From an uncultured Chloroflexia bacterium (GTDB taxonomy: Bacteria > Chloroflexota > Limnocylindria > Limnocylindrales > CSP1-4): DNA of 64,000 nt. Position 1 is the first letter of the stretch. The number at the start of each line of letters is the position of its first letter. This document shows, in pieces, positions 39,898-49,423 of this stretch. Below the pieces are notes generated by a model. That model worked only from the letters and a program-made list of their open reading frames with translations, searched no databases and was not told the origin of the DNA. The position numbers were made by a program, and so were the translations under genes. Location of the stretch: contig CAVTHS010000004.1 in the NCBI GenBank assembly GCA_963734535.1, forward strand, positions 96,001 through 160,000. Direction: 5' to 3'.

Positions 39898-41220
39898 GTG
39901 CTCCTCCTCCTTGTCGGTGCCTTCATCGCCGGGATCGTCACCATCCTTGCCCCCTGCATCGCGCCGGTGGTCCCCCTCGTGCTGGGGGCGGCATCCACCG
40001 GCGGGCGGAGACGGTCCCTCGGTATCCTCTCGGGGTTCGGCCTCGCATTCCTCGCGGTCACGGTCATCCTTGCGTCGGCCCTCGCCGCGACGGGCCTGAC
40101 CACCGATCGCCTTCGGATGGCCAGCGCCGTCTTCCTTGGCCTCGTCGGGTTGACGGTCGCCCTGCCGGGCATCGGATCCCACCTGGGCGAGCGCCTCGCG
40201 CCGCTCGCGAACCTGGCCGACCGCGCGGCGCGCCGACGGCCTGGGGACGGCCTGGCCGGAGGCCTCGTGCTCGGCGGCGCGATCGGAGTCATCTGGGCAC
40301 CGTGTGCGGGCCCGATCATGGCCGGCGTGATCGCCGCAGCGGCCGTTCGCGGTCCCGGCCTGGACACGCTGCTCATCGCGAACGCCTACGTCGCCGGGGT
40401 GGCGCTCCCTCTCACGCTCGTGGCACGCTGGGGCAGCCGGGCGGGGGACGTGGCGAGCGGCGTCGCGCGGGATGGGCGCCTGCGTCGAGTGTTCGGTGTC
40501 TTGATGCTGGCGAGCGCCCTCCTCGTTCTCACCGGCCAGGACGTCGTGGTCGAAGGCAGCCTGGCAGCGTTCCTCCCTGCTGGACTGAGCAGCGCGCTGG
40601 CGCGAGTCGAGGCACAGCCGGAGGTCCAGCGGGAGCTCAACTTGCTCCGAGCCGGTTCGGCGGCGACGGGGGGACCGGGGGGCGCTCCACGTGCCTCGGC
40701 CCCGGGCCCGGGCGGCGCGGCCACCACACTGCCGGCGCCGATCGCGCAGCCCCTGCCCGGGCGCGTCGAGCTCGAAGACCTCGGTCCGGCGCCGGACTTC
40801 ACCGGCATCGAGGCCTGGATCAATTCCACCCCGCTGACGCTGCTCTCGCTGCATGGCAAGGTGGTGCTCGTCGAGTTCTGGACGTTCGCCTGCATCAACT
40901 GCGTCCACGTCCAGCCGTCCATCACGGCCTGGCACGATCGCTATTCGTCCGCCGGCCTTGTCGTGGTTGGCGTCCACACACCCGAGCTGTCGTTCGAGCG
41001 CGAGCTCGGCAACGTGCGCGAGGCGGTCACCAGGGCCGGCATCGATTACCCGATCGCGGTGGATCCCGCGTTCGCGACCTGGAATGCCTACCGGAACAGC
41101 TACTGGCCCGCCATGTACTTCATCGATCGATCCGGCCGCATCCGGCACGCCCACTTCGGCGAGGGCGACTACGACGGCTCCGAGCAGGTGATCCGCGAGT
41201 TGCTTGTCGAACCGTCGTGA
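39898..41220 (+). CDS. dipZ: DipZ-like CcdA + thioredoxin fusion
   Basis: CcdA 'PC..P' and 'W.PC.GP'; thioredoxin 'FWTFACINC', 'GVHTPE', 'YWPA.Y', 'HFGEG.Y'. Confidence 0.88.
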   Translation: MLLLLVGAFIAGIVTILAPCIAPVVPLVLGAASTGGRRRSLGILSGFGLAFLAVTVILASALAATGLTTDRLRMASAVFLGLVGLTVALPGIGSHLGERLAPLANLADRAARRRPGDGLAGGLVLGGAIGVIWAPCAGPIMAGVIAAAAVRGPGLDTLLIANAYVAGVALPLTLVARWGSRAGDVASGVARDGRLRRVFGVLMLASALLVLTGQDVVVEGSLAAFLPAGLSSALARVEAQPEVQRELNLLRAGSAATGGPGGAPRASAPGPGGAATTLPAPIAQPLPGRVELEDLGPAPDFTGIEAWINSTPLTLLSLHGKVVLVEFWTFACINCVHVQPSITAWHDRYSSAGLVVVGVHTPELSFERELGNVREAVTRAGIDYPIAVDPAFATWNAYRNSYWPAMYFIDRSGRIRHAHFGEGDYDGSEQVIRELLVEPS

Positions 41221-41294
41221 CCGTCCGGACATGCTGGCACGCTCCGATTCCAATCCCGACGACTGCACGATTCGCGCCGGTACCGAGGCGCGTG

Positions 41295-42101
41295 TCACGC
41301 GGCCGCGACGTCGCGCCGGGCGACGCTCATGACGCCGATTCCCGCGAGGACGAGGGAGGGGATGGCGAGCGCCAGGTAGCGCCAGGCCCCCGTCGTGTGC
41401 TCGAGCGGGTCGCCTCCGAACGCCCAGTCCCAGGGCGAGAGATGCTGCCATGGGGCCAGCACGGTGCTGAGCGGGAACAGGGCGACGACGAGGAACCCGG
41501 TCAACGCCACTGCGAGGCCGATGCCCATGACCAGGGACGGCCGGCCCCACAGGCCGGCGATGGCGAGCGCCAGGCTGCCGTGGAACACCGCGAGCAAGGC
41601 ACACAGCGCGATCGTGGAGAGCAGGTAGCTCGACTCCATCTGCAGGCCGACGGCCGCATCCGCCCCGACCTGGACCCCGGTGATCACGGCAGTGATCACC
41701 GCGAGGGCCACCAGCGTGGCGATCGCTCGGCCGAGGAAGACCATCCGGCGATCGACCGGCTGGGCGAGGTAGAGCTCGAGGCGGCCACCTGACTCCTCAC
41801 CCGCCGTCTGGCCGTTCACGAGTATCACGGCCGCGGCGGCGAGCAGCAGCGGCAGGAAGAAGTCGTAGAGGTTGCCGCGCAGGAAGCCCGCGGGGGTGCC
41901 GAAGTCCTCGAGCCCGAATGCTTGCACGACACCCGCCGGGAGCTGGTCGATCGCCGCGGAGATGCCCGACGAGCCCTGGAATGCCGGCCAGAAGGCGACC
42001 GTGATGCCGACGATGCTGGCGAGCCCGACCGACCACCAGAACGTCGCTCGCCGCATGGCTCGCAGGGGCCCCATGACGAGCTCCCGCAGCGGGGCGCTCA
42101 T
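41295..42101 (-). CDS. ABC-2 type transporter permease
   Basis: 'AGEESGGRLELYLAQPV.R', TM segments, 'LSPW'. Confidence 0.85.
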   Translation of the reverse strand: MSAPLRELVMGPLRAMRRATFWWSVGLASIVGITVAFWPAFQGSSGISAAIDQLPAGVVQAFGLEDFGTPAGFLRGNLYDFFLPLLLAAAAVILVNGQTAGEESGGRLELYLAQPVDRRMVFLGRAIATLVALAVITAVITGVQVGADAAVGLQMESSYLLSTIALCALLAVFHGSLALAIAGLWGRPSLVMGIGLAVALTGFLVVALFPLSTVLAPWQHLSPWDWAFGGDPLEHTTGAWRYLALAIPSLVLAGIGVMSVARRDVAAA

Positions 42102-42997
42102 GCGGCACCCGCGTACAGGTCGAGGAAGGCCTCCTCGAGATCCGGCTCCTCGACGAGCATGGAGCTGACGTGGCAGTGGGCGAGCAGGTCGAGGAGCGGC
42201 TGGATCGACCCCGAGAGGGTGGCAGTGAACCGGTGGCCGTCGATGATCGGGTCGACGACGCCGGACAGCGAGCGGAGCTCGGCCGCAGGCGCCTCGTCCT
42301 CGAACCAGACCTCGATCCGCTGGCGTGCGCGCCCCCGCAGCTCGGCCACCGAACCCTCCGCCACGACCTTGCCCGCCCGCAGGACGGCCACGCGGTCGGC
42401 CGCCCGCTGGACCTCGGAGAGGACGTGAGAGGAGAGGAAGACGGTCGCCCCGGCGGCGCGGGCCTCGCGGACGAGGACCAGGAACTCGTGCTGGATCAAC
42501 GGGTCGAGACCGCTCGTGGGCTCGTCGAGGACGAGAAGCTCGGCGTCAGCGAGGAAGGCGAGGAGCAAGGCGACCTTGCGCCGGTTGCCGCTCGAGAGGT
42601 CGCGCAGCGGACGGTGCAGGTCCAGCTTGAGGCGCTCAGCGAGCCCGTCGCGCCGGGCTGCATCGAAGCCGCCCCGCAGCCGCCCGATGCTCGCGACGAG
42701 CTCCATGCCGGACAGCCGCTCGGGAAGCCGCAGCTCGCCCGGCAGGTAGGCGAGCCGGCGGCGCAGGGCTACCCCGTCGCGCGTCGAATCCAGCCCGAAG
42801 GCGCCGATCCGGCCGGCAGTCGGCCGCAGCAGACCGAGCAGACAGCGGATGGTCGTACTCTTGCCCGCGCCGTTCGGCCCGAGGAAGCCATAGACCTCGC
42901 CCCGGCGCACCTCGAGGTCGATCCCGCGCACGGCCTCGACCTTCCCGTAGTGCTTGACGAGGCCGTCGATCCTGACGACAACGTCGGTCTCGCTCAT
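42098..42997 (-). CDS. ABC transporter ATP-binding protein
   Basis: GPNGAGKST, LSSGN, DEPTSGLDP, SSH. Confidence 0.92.
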   Translation of the reverse strand: MSETDVVVRIDGLVKHYGKVEAVRGIDLEVRRGEVYGFLGPNGAGKSTTIRCLLGLLRPTAGRIGAFGLDSTRDGVALRRRLAYLPGELRLPERLSGMELVASIGRLRGGFDAARRDGLAERLKLDLHRPLRDLSSGNRRKVALLLAFLADAELLVLDEPTSGLDPLIQHEFLVLVREARAAGATVFLSSHVLSEVQRAADRVAVLRAGKVVAEGSVAELRGRARQRIEVWFEDEAPAAELRSLSGVVDPIIDGHRFTATLSGSIQPLLDLLAHCHVSSMLVEEPDLEEAFLDLYAGAA

Positions 42998-45024
42998 CCC
43001 TCGACCTCCCCAGCTGCGATCTCGCTCCCGAGGAGCGCCTCGAGCGGCTCGCGGGCCCCGGGGGCGCAGAAGACCGTCAGGCGATCGCCCGCCCGGAGCG
43101 TGACGTCCCCGCGGGGCACGATGACCCGATCGCCGCGCAGGATCGAGACGAGCACGCTGTCCCTTGGCCAGGCCGCCTCCTCGACCATCCTTCCGGCGAG
43201 GACCGACGAAGGCGCGACCTCGGATTCGAGGAGCGTCCCGGTGGACCCCACTGCCCGCACCTGGCGCACGTTGGCGGCGAGGGCGCGGCGATAGGCACCC
43301 ACCACGTCGCGCGCCGAGATGGTCCCCGCCAGCCGGTCGCCGGCCACGACGGGAGCCCATGAGCGGTGCGCGTCGGCGAGGAGCCCGAGGACGTCGTCGA
43401 GCGGATCGTCGGCCTCGACGATCGGGCCGTCCGGGCCGAGCTCCCCGACCGCAACGGCCGGGTCCGCCGCGACGAGGCTCGCGAGGTCGAGGCTGCCACG
43501 CACGGTGCCGTCCCGGTCGACGACGGGGGCGCCGGGCACGCCCGCGGCCTCGAGGCGTGCGCGCCCGACCCCGGCCATCTCGTCGGCGCGCAACACGGCG
43601 CGCGGGGCCCGCGTCGCGTCGCTGGCCGGGATCGCCCCCATCAGGGGCAGCGCGAACCGGAACCGGTGCGCCGACGACTCGGCCCGGCTGCGGAGCTGCG
43701 AGGTGTAGATCGAGCGGTCGCCGACGATGAGCGTGGCGAGGCCGATCGCGAGCATCGCCGGACCGAGCATCGCGAGGCTGTCGGTCATCTCGGCGACCAT
43801 GAGCATCACCGCCAGCGGCGCATGGGCGATGCTCCCGAAGAGCGCCATCATCGCCACGATCACGAAGGTCGACGGATCGACCGGGACGCCCGGGGCGATC
43901 GGCTCGAGGAGGCGCCAGATCCCGGCGCCGAGGAGGCCGCCGATGACCATCCCGGGGCCGAAGATCCCGCCCGACCCGCCGGAGCCGACCGAGAGCGAGG
44001 TCGCCAGGATCTTGGCGAACGGGAGGACGAGGACCACCCACAGCGGGAGGCCGAGCAGCGTCGTCCGATCCAGCCCGGCCTGGACCCAGCCGTAGCCGGT
44101 GCCGAGCGCGCCGGGGAGGGCGATCCCGATGCACCCGACGCCGAACCCCGCGATCGCCGGCCGCAGCTCGCGTGGGATCGACCAACCCGCGAACCAGCGG
44201 GTCAGGCCGTAGAAGCCGCCGATGTAGAGCCGGCCCACGAGCCCCGCGGCGACGCCGATCAGCGCGTAGTAGGCGAGCTGGCGCGGATCGGTGAACCCGG
44301 CGCCGGCAACGCGGCCGAAGATCGGAGCGAAGCCGACGAGCGCCCCGAAGATCGAGAACGCGACGATCGACGCGACGAAGGCCGGCACGAGAGCCTCGGA
44401 CTCGACGTCCTCGCGATACGGGATCTCGGCGGCGAGAACCGCACCGCCGAGCGGGGCGCGGAAGATCGCGCCGATCCCGGCGCCCATGCCGCTGCTGACC
44501 GCGATTCGCGCATCGCGGGCGTCGAGGTCGAGGACGCGGGCGAGGAACGACCCGAACCCGGCCCCGATCTGGGCCGTCGGGCCCTCGCGGCCACCCGAGC
44601 CGCCCGATCCGATCGTGATGGCCGAGGCGACGAGCTTGACGAGCGGGATCCGCGCGCGGATCCGGCGTGCCCCGTGGTGGAAGGCTGCGATCGCGGCGTC
44701 CGTGCCGTGGCCCTCGGCCTCGGGCGCGAGGCGGAACACGATGATCCCCGAGAGGAGACCGCCGAGCCCGACGACGAACGGAAGCGCCCACGGCCGGGCG
44801 GCGTCCGTGATCGGCTGCGCGCCCTCCCCGAGCGGCGAGGCCGGCACGAGCCCCGCGAGCGTGCCGAGGAAGAACCGGGTCCCGGCCTCGAGCGCGAGGA
44901 AGAAGAGCGCGGCCCCGAGGCCGCTGATGACCCCGATGACCGCCCCGAGCACGACCCACTTGCGGAGGTACGCAGCCGAGCGAACCTGACGCCGGAGTCT
45001 CCGCAGGAGGAGGGCGCCGCTCAC
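42994..45024 (-). CDS. CLC chloride channel/antiporter with CBS pair and TrkA_C domain
   Basis: 'GHGTD', 'GGREGP', 'GTGYG', 'GIFGP', CBS region, C-terminal 'R..VIVPRGD..L..GD'. Confidence 0.9.
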   Translation of the reverse strand: MSGALLLRRLRRQVRSAAYLRKWVVLGAVIGVISGLGAALFFLALEAGTRFFLGTLAGLVPASPLGEGAQPITDAARPWALPFVVGLGGLLSGIIVFRLAPEAEGHGTDAAIAAFHHGARRIRARIPLVKLVASAITIGSGGSGGREGPTAQIGAGFGSFLARVLDLDARDARIAVSSGMGAGIGAIFRAPLGGAVLAAEIPYREDVESEALVPAFVASIVAFSIFGALVGFAPIFGRVAGAGFTDPRQLAYYALIGVAAGLVGRLYIGGFYGLTRWFAGWSIPRELRPAIAGFGVGCIGIALPGALGTGYGWVQAGLDRTTLLGLPLWVVLVLPFAKILATSLSVGSGGSGGIFGPGMVIGGLLGAGIWRLLEPIAPGVPVDPSTFVIVAMMALFGSIAHAPLAVMLMVAEMTDSLAMLGPAMLAIGLATLIVGDRSIYTSQLRSRAESSAHRFRFALPLMGAIPASDATRAPRAVLRADEMAGVGRARLEAAGVPGAPVVDRDGTVRGSLDLASLVAADPAVAVGELGPDGPIVEADDPLDDVLGLLADAHRSWAPVVAGDRLAGTISARDVVGAYRRALAANVRQVRAVGSTGTLLESEVAPSSVLAGRMVEEAAWPRDSVLVSILRGDRVIVPRGDVTLRAGDRLTVFCAPGAREPLEALLGSEIAAGEVEG

Positions 45025-45447
45025 CGGAACGGCTCGAACGATCGGGCCAGCCTGGCGATTGCCCCGACCTCGGCCGGCGTCATCGGCCCCGCTCCGATCA
45101 CCGCGGCGAGGTCGCGCCGGCGGTGGTCGAGCACCTGCGTGCGCATCGCCTGGCCGGCCTCGGTCAGGCCGACCCGTGTGACGCGGCCGTCGGTGGCGTC
45201 CCGTGCCGTCCACACGACGCCGCGACGCTTCAGGCGCGACACGAGCCGGCTTGCCGGCGACTCGTTCGCCCCGATCCGCGATGCGATCTCTCCGACGGTC
45301 GCGCCGCCCGGGATGCTCACCGACGATGAGCAGCACGCGCCACTGCACGAACGTCAGGTCGGCACCCGCCGCGGCGATCGCCCGCTCGGTCATCGCCACC
45401 GCGCCCACGACGAGGCGCTCGAGCAGGTCGATCGGCAGTTCGGGCAC
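45021..45447 (-). CDS. MarR-family regulator; apparent +1 frameshift near 45310
   Basis: 'LTFVQWRVL' then 'TVGEIA..SPASRLVSRL..G.V..D..DGR...V.LT..G' in the next frame. Confidence 0.8.
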
Positions 45448-45464
45448 GTCCTCATCATATCCCA

Positions 45465-45488
45465 GATAGGTTCCATGTGGAACCTATC
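45465..45488. promoter_or_regulatory. Perfect palindrome, probable MarR operator
   Basis: GATAGGTTCCA-TG-TGGAACCTATC immediately upstream of the marR -10 (TATGAT). Confidence 0.75.
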
Positions 45489-45769
45489 CACTCCCCACAC
45501 GATCGACACCGCCGCCGCGGCACGCGTGGGGAGTGGGATCGCGATCTCGATCAGCAGGAACGCCGCACCGATCGGGCCGAAGGCGACGAGATCGCACACG
45601 ACTGCTGTGGTCGAATCTCGCGTTTCATGGGCCGAGGACCACTTCGCCCGACGGTCCGCCGTCAAGGTAGACTCCCCGCCTGAAGCACCGGGTTGAGCGG
45701 CCGGGTTCCGTGTCGCCACCGGGGCATGGACGTGCCAGGCCGGACGCGACCTGGCTGGGGGGTTGCCCG

Positions 45770-46030
45770 ATGAGCGGATCTGACCAGGACCACATGGGCT
45801 CGTTCGCGGACGGCGAGCGGACCACCCCGCATGCTGCTGCCGACGACGCGCCGGGCCACTTCAGCGAGGGACAGGAGACCGCCCACGCGGAGCATCTCCG
45901 GATGGGGTCGTTTGCCGACACCTCATGCGCGGGGTGCGTCGCGATCGAGAGCGCGCACGCCGAGCACGTCCGAAAGGGCACCTTCGCCGACACCAGCTGC
46001 CCGAAGTGCCAGGTGATGCCCGCGGGGTAG
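45770..46030 (+). CDS. Small His/Cys-rich repeat protein
   Basis: Four G[SHT]F[AS][DE] motifs; duplicated AHAEHxRxGxFADTSCxxC with synonymous divergence. Confidence 0.65.
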   Translation: MSGSDQDHMGSFADGERTTPHAAADDAPGHFSEGQETAHAEHLRMGSFADTSCAGCVAIESAHAEHVRKGTFADTSCPKCQVMPAG

Positions 46031-46063
46031 GCCGCCAGCAGGTTGATCCAGATGTCGGGGCGG

Positions 46064-47134
46064 TCACCCCGGGAGACTGAACCACACGCGCGTCACGCCG
46101 TCGGCTGACTCCGCCCCGACCCTGCCGCCGTGGCCTTCCACGAGCTGCTTCACGATCGACAGGCCGATGCCGGCGCCACCCCGTTCCCGGTCCCGCGACT
46201 TCTCGACGCGGTAGAACCGCTCGAAGACATGCGGCAGGGCGTCGGCAGGGATGCCATCCCCACTCGTCGTAACGGAGACGAGGATGTCGGCCGGCCGCCG
46301 CTCCGCCCGGATGCCGACCTGCCCTCCGGGCGTGCTGTACCGAACGGCGTTCTGGAGCAGGTTGCCCAGGACCTGCGCAAGCTGGTCGGGGTTGCCGCGG
46401 GCCGGCAGCCGCGCCGGCACCGCAAGGGTGATCTCGAGCCCGGACGCTCGAGCCGCCGGCAGGACGAGCTCGACGGCGGAGCGGATTGCGATCGCGAGGT
46501 CCACGTCGACCGGCGCCGGCGGTCCGGCAGCGTCCCCGTCGGCCAGGGTGTCGAGCCCCCGGGAGAGGCGGACGAGGCGCTCCGTCTCCTCCCAGAGCGA
46601 CTCGAACGTGGCCCGATCAGGTGGGATGACCCCATCCCGCAGGGCCTCGAGATATCCCTTGAGGTTGGTCAGCGGGGTCCGGAGCTCGTGGGCCGCGTTC
46701 GCGATGAACTCGCGGCGCATGCGCTCCTGCTCCTCGAGTGAGGCCGCCATCTGGTTGAACGAGTCGGCCAGGCTGAGGATCTCCTCGGGCCCCCGCCGAT
46801 CGATGCGCGACTCGTAGCGGCCCTCGGCGATCCTGCGCGCCGCTGCCCCGATCTCCCGCAGGGGCCGGACCAGGCGGGCGGCGATCACCGCGGCGAGCGC
46901 GATCGCGGCCACCACCGCGACGGACGCAGCGACCAGAACCACCTGGACCACCGAGCTCTGGAACATCGCGTCGCTCGATGCCGTGCTGATGCCGTGGCTC
47001 GCCATCAGGGCCGCGAACGACTGCGAGCCGACCACGATCACGCCGGCGGCCAGGATGAGCAGGGCAACCCCGGCGACGAGGATCGCCGCCGCTGCGATGC
47101 GCAGCGCGACCCCGCCGCGTATCCGTCGGCTCAC
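46064..47134 (-). CDS. HAMP sensor histidine kinase (BaeS-like)
   Basis: 'AHELRTPL', 'NLLQNA', 'FERFYR.EKSR', 'GAGIGL'. Confidence 0.92.
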   Translation of the reverse strand: MSRRIRGGVALRIAAAAILVAGVALLILAAGVIVVGSQSFAALMASHGISTASSDAMFQSSVVQVVLVAASVAVVAAIALAAVIAARLVRPLREIGAAARRIAEGRYESRIDRRGPEEILSLADSFNQMAASLEEQERMRREFIANAAHELRTPLTNLKGYLEALRDGVIPPDRATFESLWEETERLVRLSRGLDTLADGDAAGPPAPVDVDLAIAIRSAVELVLPAARASGLEITLAVPARLPARGNPDQLAQVLGNLLQNAVRYSTPGGQVGIRAERRPADILVSVTTSGDGIPADALPHVFERFYRVEKSRDRERGGAGIGLSIVKQLVEGHGGRVGAESADGVTRVWFSLPG

Positions 47135-47856
47135 GGTTCGGGCGCGGACGGCGCCGCCCGGTACCCGACGCCGCGCACCGTCGCGACATAGCGGGGGCGG
47201 TTGGGATCGTCGCCCAGCTTCTGGCGGAGCCGCCGAACGTGCACGTCGATCGTGCGGTCCAGGACCTCCGAGTCTCCGTGTCCGTAGACCGCGTCGAGCA
47301 GCTGGTCGCGGGTGAGAACCCGGCCGCCGGCGGCGAGCACTGCTGTGAGCAGGCGGAACTCGACGGCCGTCAGCGCGACCGGCCGCCCGGCGACAGTCAC
47401 CTCGTGGCGATCGGGGTCGACGACAAGGTCGCCGAGCCGCAGCGGCTCCGATGGCGGGCTCGACCCCACCTCCGATCCCGCCCGCCCCGTGCGCTCGAGA
47501 ATCCGCCGGACCCGGAGCACGAGCTCGGCGGGCGAGAATGGCTTTGGCAGGTAGTCGTCGGCGCCCTCGGTGAGCCCGGCGATGCGATCGGCGGTGGTCC
47601 CCCGGGCGGAGAGGACCAGGATCGGGGTCGGGTCCGTGCGGCGGACCGCCCGGATCACCGCCAGGCCATCGATCTCGGGCAGCATGAGATCGAGAACCAC
47701 GAGCGCAGGCGCCTCGAGGGCAATGGCTGCGAGTGCGCTCCGCCCGTCGGCTGCCTCGACCACGCGGAGTCCCTCGCGTTCGAGGTACGTCCGCACGAGG
47801 CGGACGATCTTCGGATCGTCGTCGACGACGAGGATGGGTGCCGGGCCAGTCGTCAC
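47131..47856 (-). CDS. OmpR-family response regulator
   Basis: 'VVDDD', 'LDLMLP', 'KPFS', 'RTIDVHVRRLR.K', 'TVRGVGY'. Confidence 0.95.
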   Translation of the reverse strand: MTTGPAPILVVDDDPKIVRLVRTYLEREGLRVVEAADGRSALAAIALEAPALVVLDLMLPEIDGLAVIRAVRRTDPTPILVLSARGTTADRIAGLTEGADDYLPKPFSPAELVLRVRRILERTGRAGSEVGSSPPSEPLRLGDLVVDPDRHEVTVAGRPVALTAVEFRLLTAVLAAGGRVLTRDQLLDAVYGHGDSEVLDRTIDVHVRRLRQKLGDDPNRPRYVATVRGVGYRAAPSAPEP

Positions 47857-47956
47857 GCGGCCATCCTATGTCAGACAGTGGGGCTCGCAACCGGGCATCG
47901 ACAGCCGGAAGCGGCGGCCGGCGCCGCCGCTTCCCAGCCGACGTGGATCGGGTTGG

Positions 47957-49054
47957 CTACGAAGCCGCCAGGCCGCCCGAGCCGGACGGCAGCCCGGGGG
48001 TGCTTCCGGTCGAGGTCAGGCTGCCGCCCGGACCGATCCGGAACGAATCGATCGCGCCGGCCCCAACGTCGACGACGTAGAGGAAGCGCCCATCACCGCT
48101 CACCGATGCGTCGAGGAGCGGCGCTGTGGACGAACCGCCCGCGGTGGCGTTGACCAGCGTGAGGCTGCCATCGGCGGCGATGGCATAGGAGGAGATCCGG
48201 GCAGGGCTGTGGGCGTCGATCGTGAACGCATAGCGACCGTCTGGTGTGAGGGTCACCCAGCAGGCCGCCTGCTGACCGTTGGCGATCGAGGCCGAGATCA
48301 CGCTCGGCACGCCTCCGCGCGAGACCGCGTAGGAGGACAGCGCACTGCCGGCCGCCTCGGTGACGAACAGCCGGCCGCGACCGTCGAAGGCGAAGCCGTA
48401 CGGGGCAGCGCCTGCCGAGGCATGAACGCTCGGGGGACCGGCGATCCCGAAGAAGCCGACGCGGTAGGTGACGAGCTCACCGGCGCCCTTCTCGGTGACC
48501 ACGAGCACGCGGCCGTCGGGTCCGAAGGCGATCTGCTCGGGCGAGGTCCCCGCTCCGCTCAGCGGCTGGATCGAACCGGGGAGCGCAACGAGGTGCCGGC
48601 CGATCCGGGCGAAGCCTGCGATGTTGCCGCTGCCCCCGGCGTCGAGCACGTACAGGATGGGACCGTGGAGCGTGACGCTGATCGGGCTGGTGCCCCCGGA
48701 TGCAATGCTGTCGGCGAGGTGCAGGTCGCCCTTTGGCCCGACGGCGAAGAGCGCCACGTCATTGCTGCCGGCATCGACGGCGGCCAGCCACCGACCATCG
48801 GCGCTGAGCGTCACCGCGCCCTGGGAGCCGAGACCGACGCCCGTGCCCAGGCCGCCGGTCGGGAAGGTTCCGCGCAGGCTGAGGCTGCCATCAGCCATTC
48901 GCGCATAGGCCAGGACGGCATTGCCGGCCGCCGAGTTGGTCATCGTGTAGACGGTTTCGCCGCCATCGAAGTCGTGCGCGGCAACCGTCACGGGAACGCT
49001 GAAGGACAGTAGGGCGGCAAGGAGTCCGAGTCCTGCCATCAACCTGCGACGCAT
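47957..49054 (-). CDS. Secreted beta-propeller, lactonase (6-phosphogluconolactonase-like) family
   Basis: Signal peptide, 'VYTMTN..GN.V', 'TGG.G..LGSQG', 'AACW', repeated 'DG.L' blades. Confidence 0.82.
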   Translation of the reverse strand: MRRRLMAGLGLLAALLSFSVPVTVAAHDFDGGETVYTMTNSAAGNAVLAYARMADGSLSLRGTFPTGGLGTGVGLGSQGAVTLSADGRWLAAVDAGSNDVALFAVGPKGDLHLADSIASGGTSPISVTLHGPILYVLDAGGSGNIAGFARIGRHLVALPGSIQPLSGAGTSPEQIAFGPDGRVLVVTEKGAGELVTYRVGFFGIAGPPSVHASAGAAPYGFAFDGRGRLFVTEAAGSALSSYAVSRGGVPSVISASIANGQQAACWVTLTPDGRYAFTIDAHSPARISSYAIAADGSLTLVNATAGGSSTAPLLDASVSGDGRFLYVVDVGAGAIDSFRIGPGGSLTSTGSTPGLPSGSGGLAAS

Positions 49055-49120
49055 ACGGCGAAATCTCCTCGAGTCTGCCCGGAGACGCCTCCGGGTCGGC
49101 CCCGAGCGTGTTCCATCGGG

Positions 49121-49158
49121 ATGACGTCGGAATGACGGCCTCGTGTCGGATCGATGAC
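49121..49158 (-). promoter_or_regulatory. Four-unit direct repeat with 11-bp period (GTCAT/GACAC/GTCAT/GTCAT) upstream of lactonase-RR-HK
   Basis: ATGAC at 49121, 49132 and 49154 and GTGTC at 49143 on the plus strand. Confidence 0.6.
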
Positions 49159-49423
49159 GACTGCGCGAGCTGTCGACGACTGCAAGCCGCGCGATGAGTG
49201 CGTCGTGCGACGCATGGTCGCTCGCGGTCGCTCGCGGTCGCTCGCGGCCGCCCGCGGCAAGGGATGCAGCGTCGGCCTCGGCGATCAGCGGGTCGCGTGA
49301 TCCGTATGACCACGCGGCGCCGGCGACCTCGTTGGCGCGGATCTCCGGCCCAACCATCGCGCACGAATTGGCGGGTCCAAACGGGAACTTTCCTCCACAG
49401 GGACTGCCCGTCATCATCGTTCG

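Noticed and set aside
42994-45447. 817-aa MarR-CLC fusion ORF
   Set aside because: One extra base near 45310 shifts marR into the clc frame; the intervening translation is junk and the true MarR C-terminus is in the adjacent frame
45490-45760. Fluoride riboswitch upstream of the CLC operon
   Set aside because: Consensus not found on either strand, and the CLC lacks CLC-F signature motifs
49160-49423. nhaA-type Li+/Na+ riboswitch upstream of nhaA
   Set aside because: No recognisable consensus by eye; an Infernal/Rfam scan would be decisive
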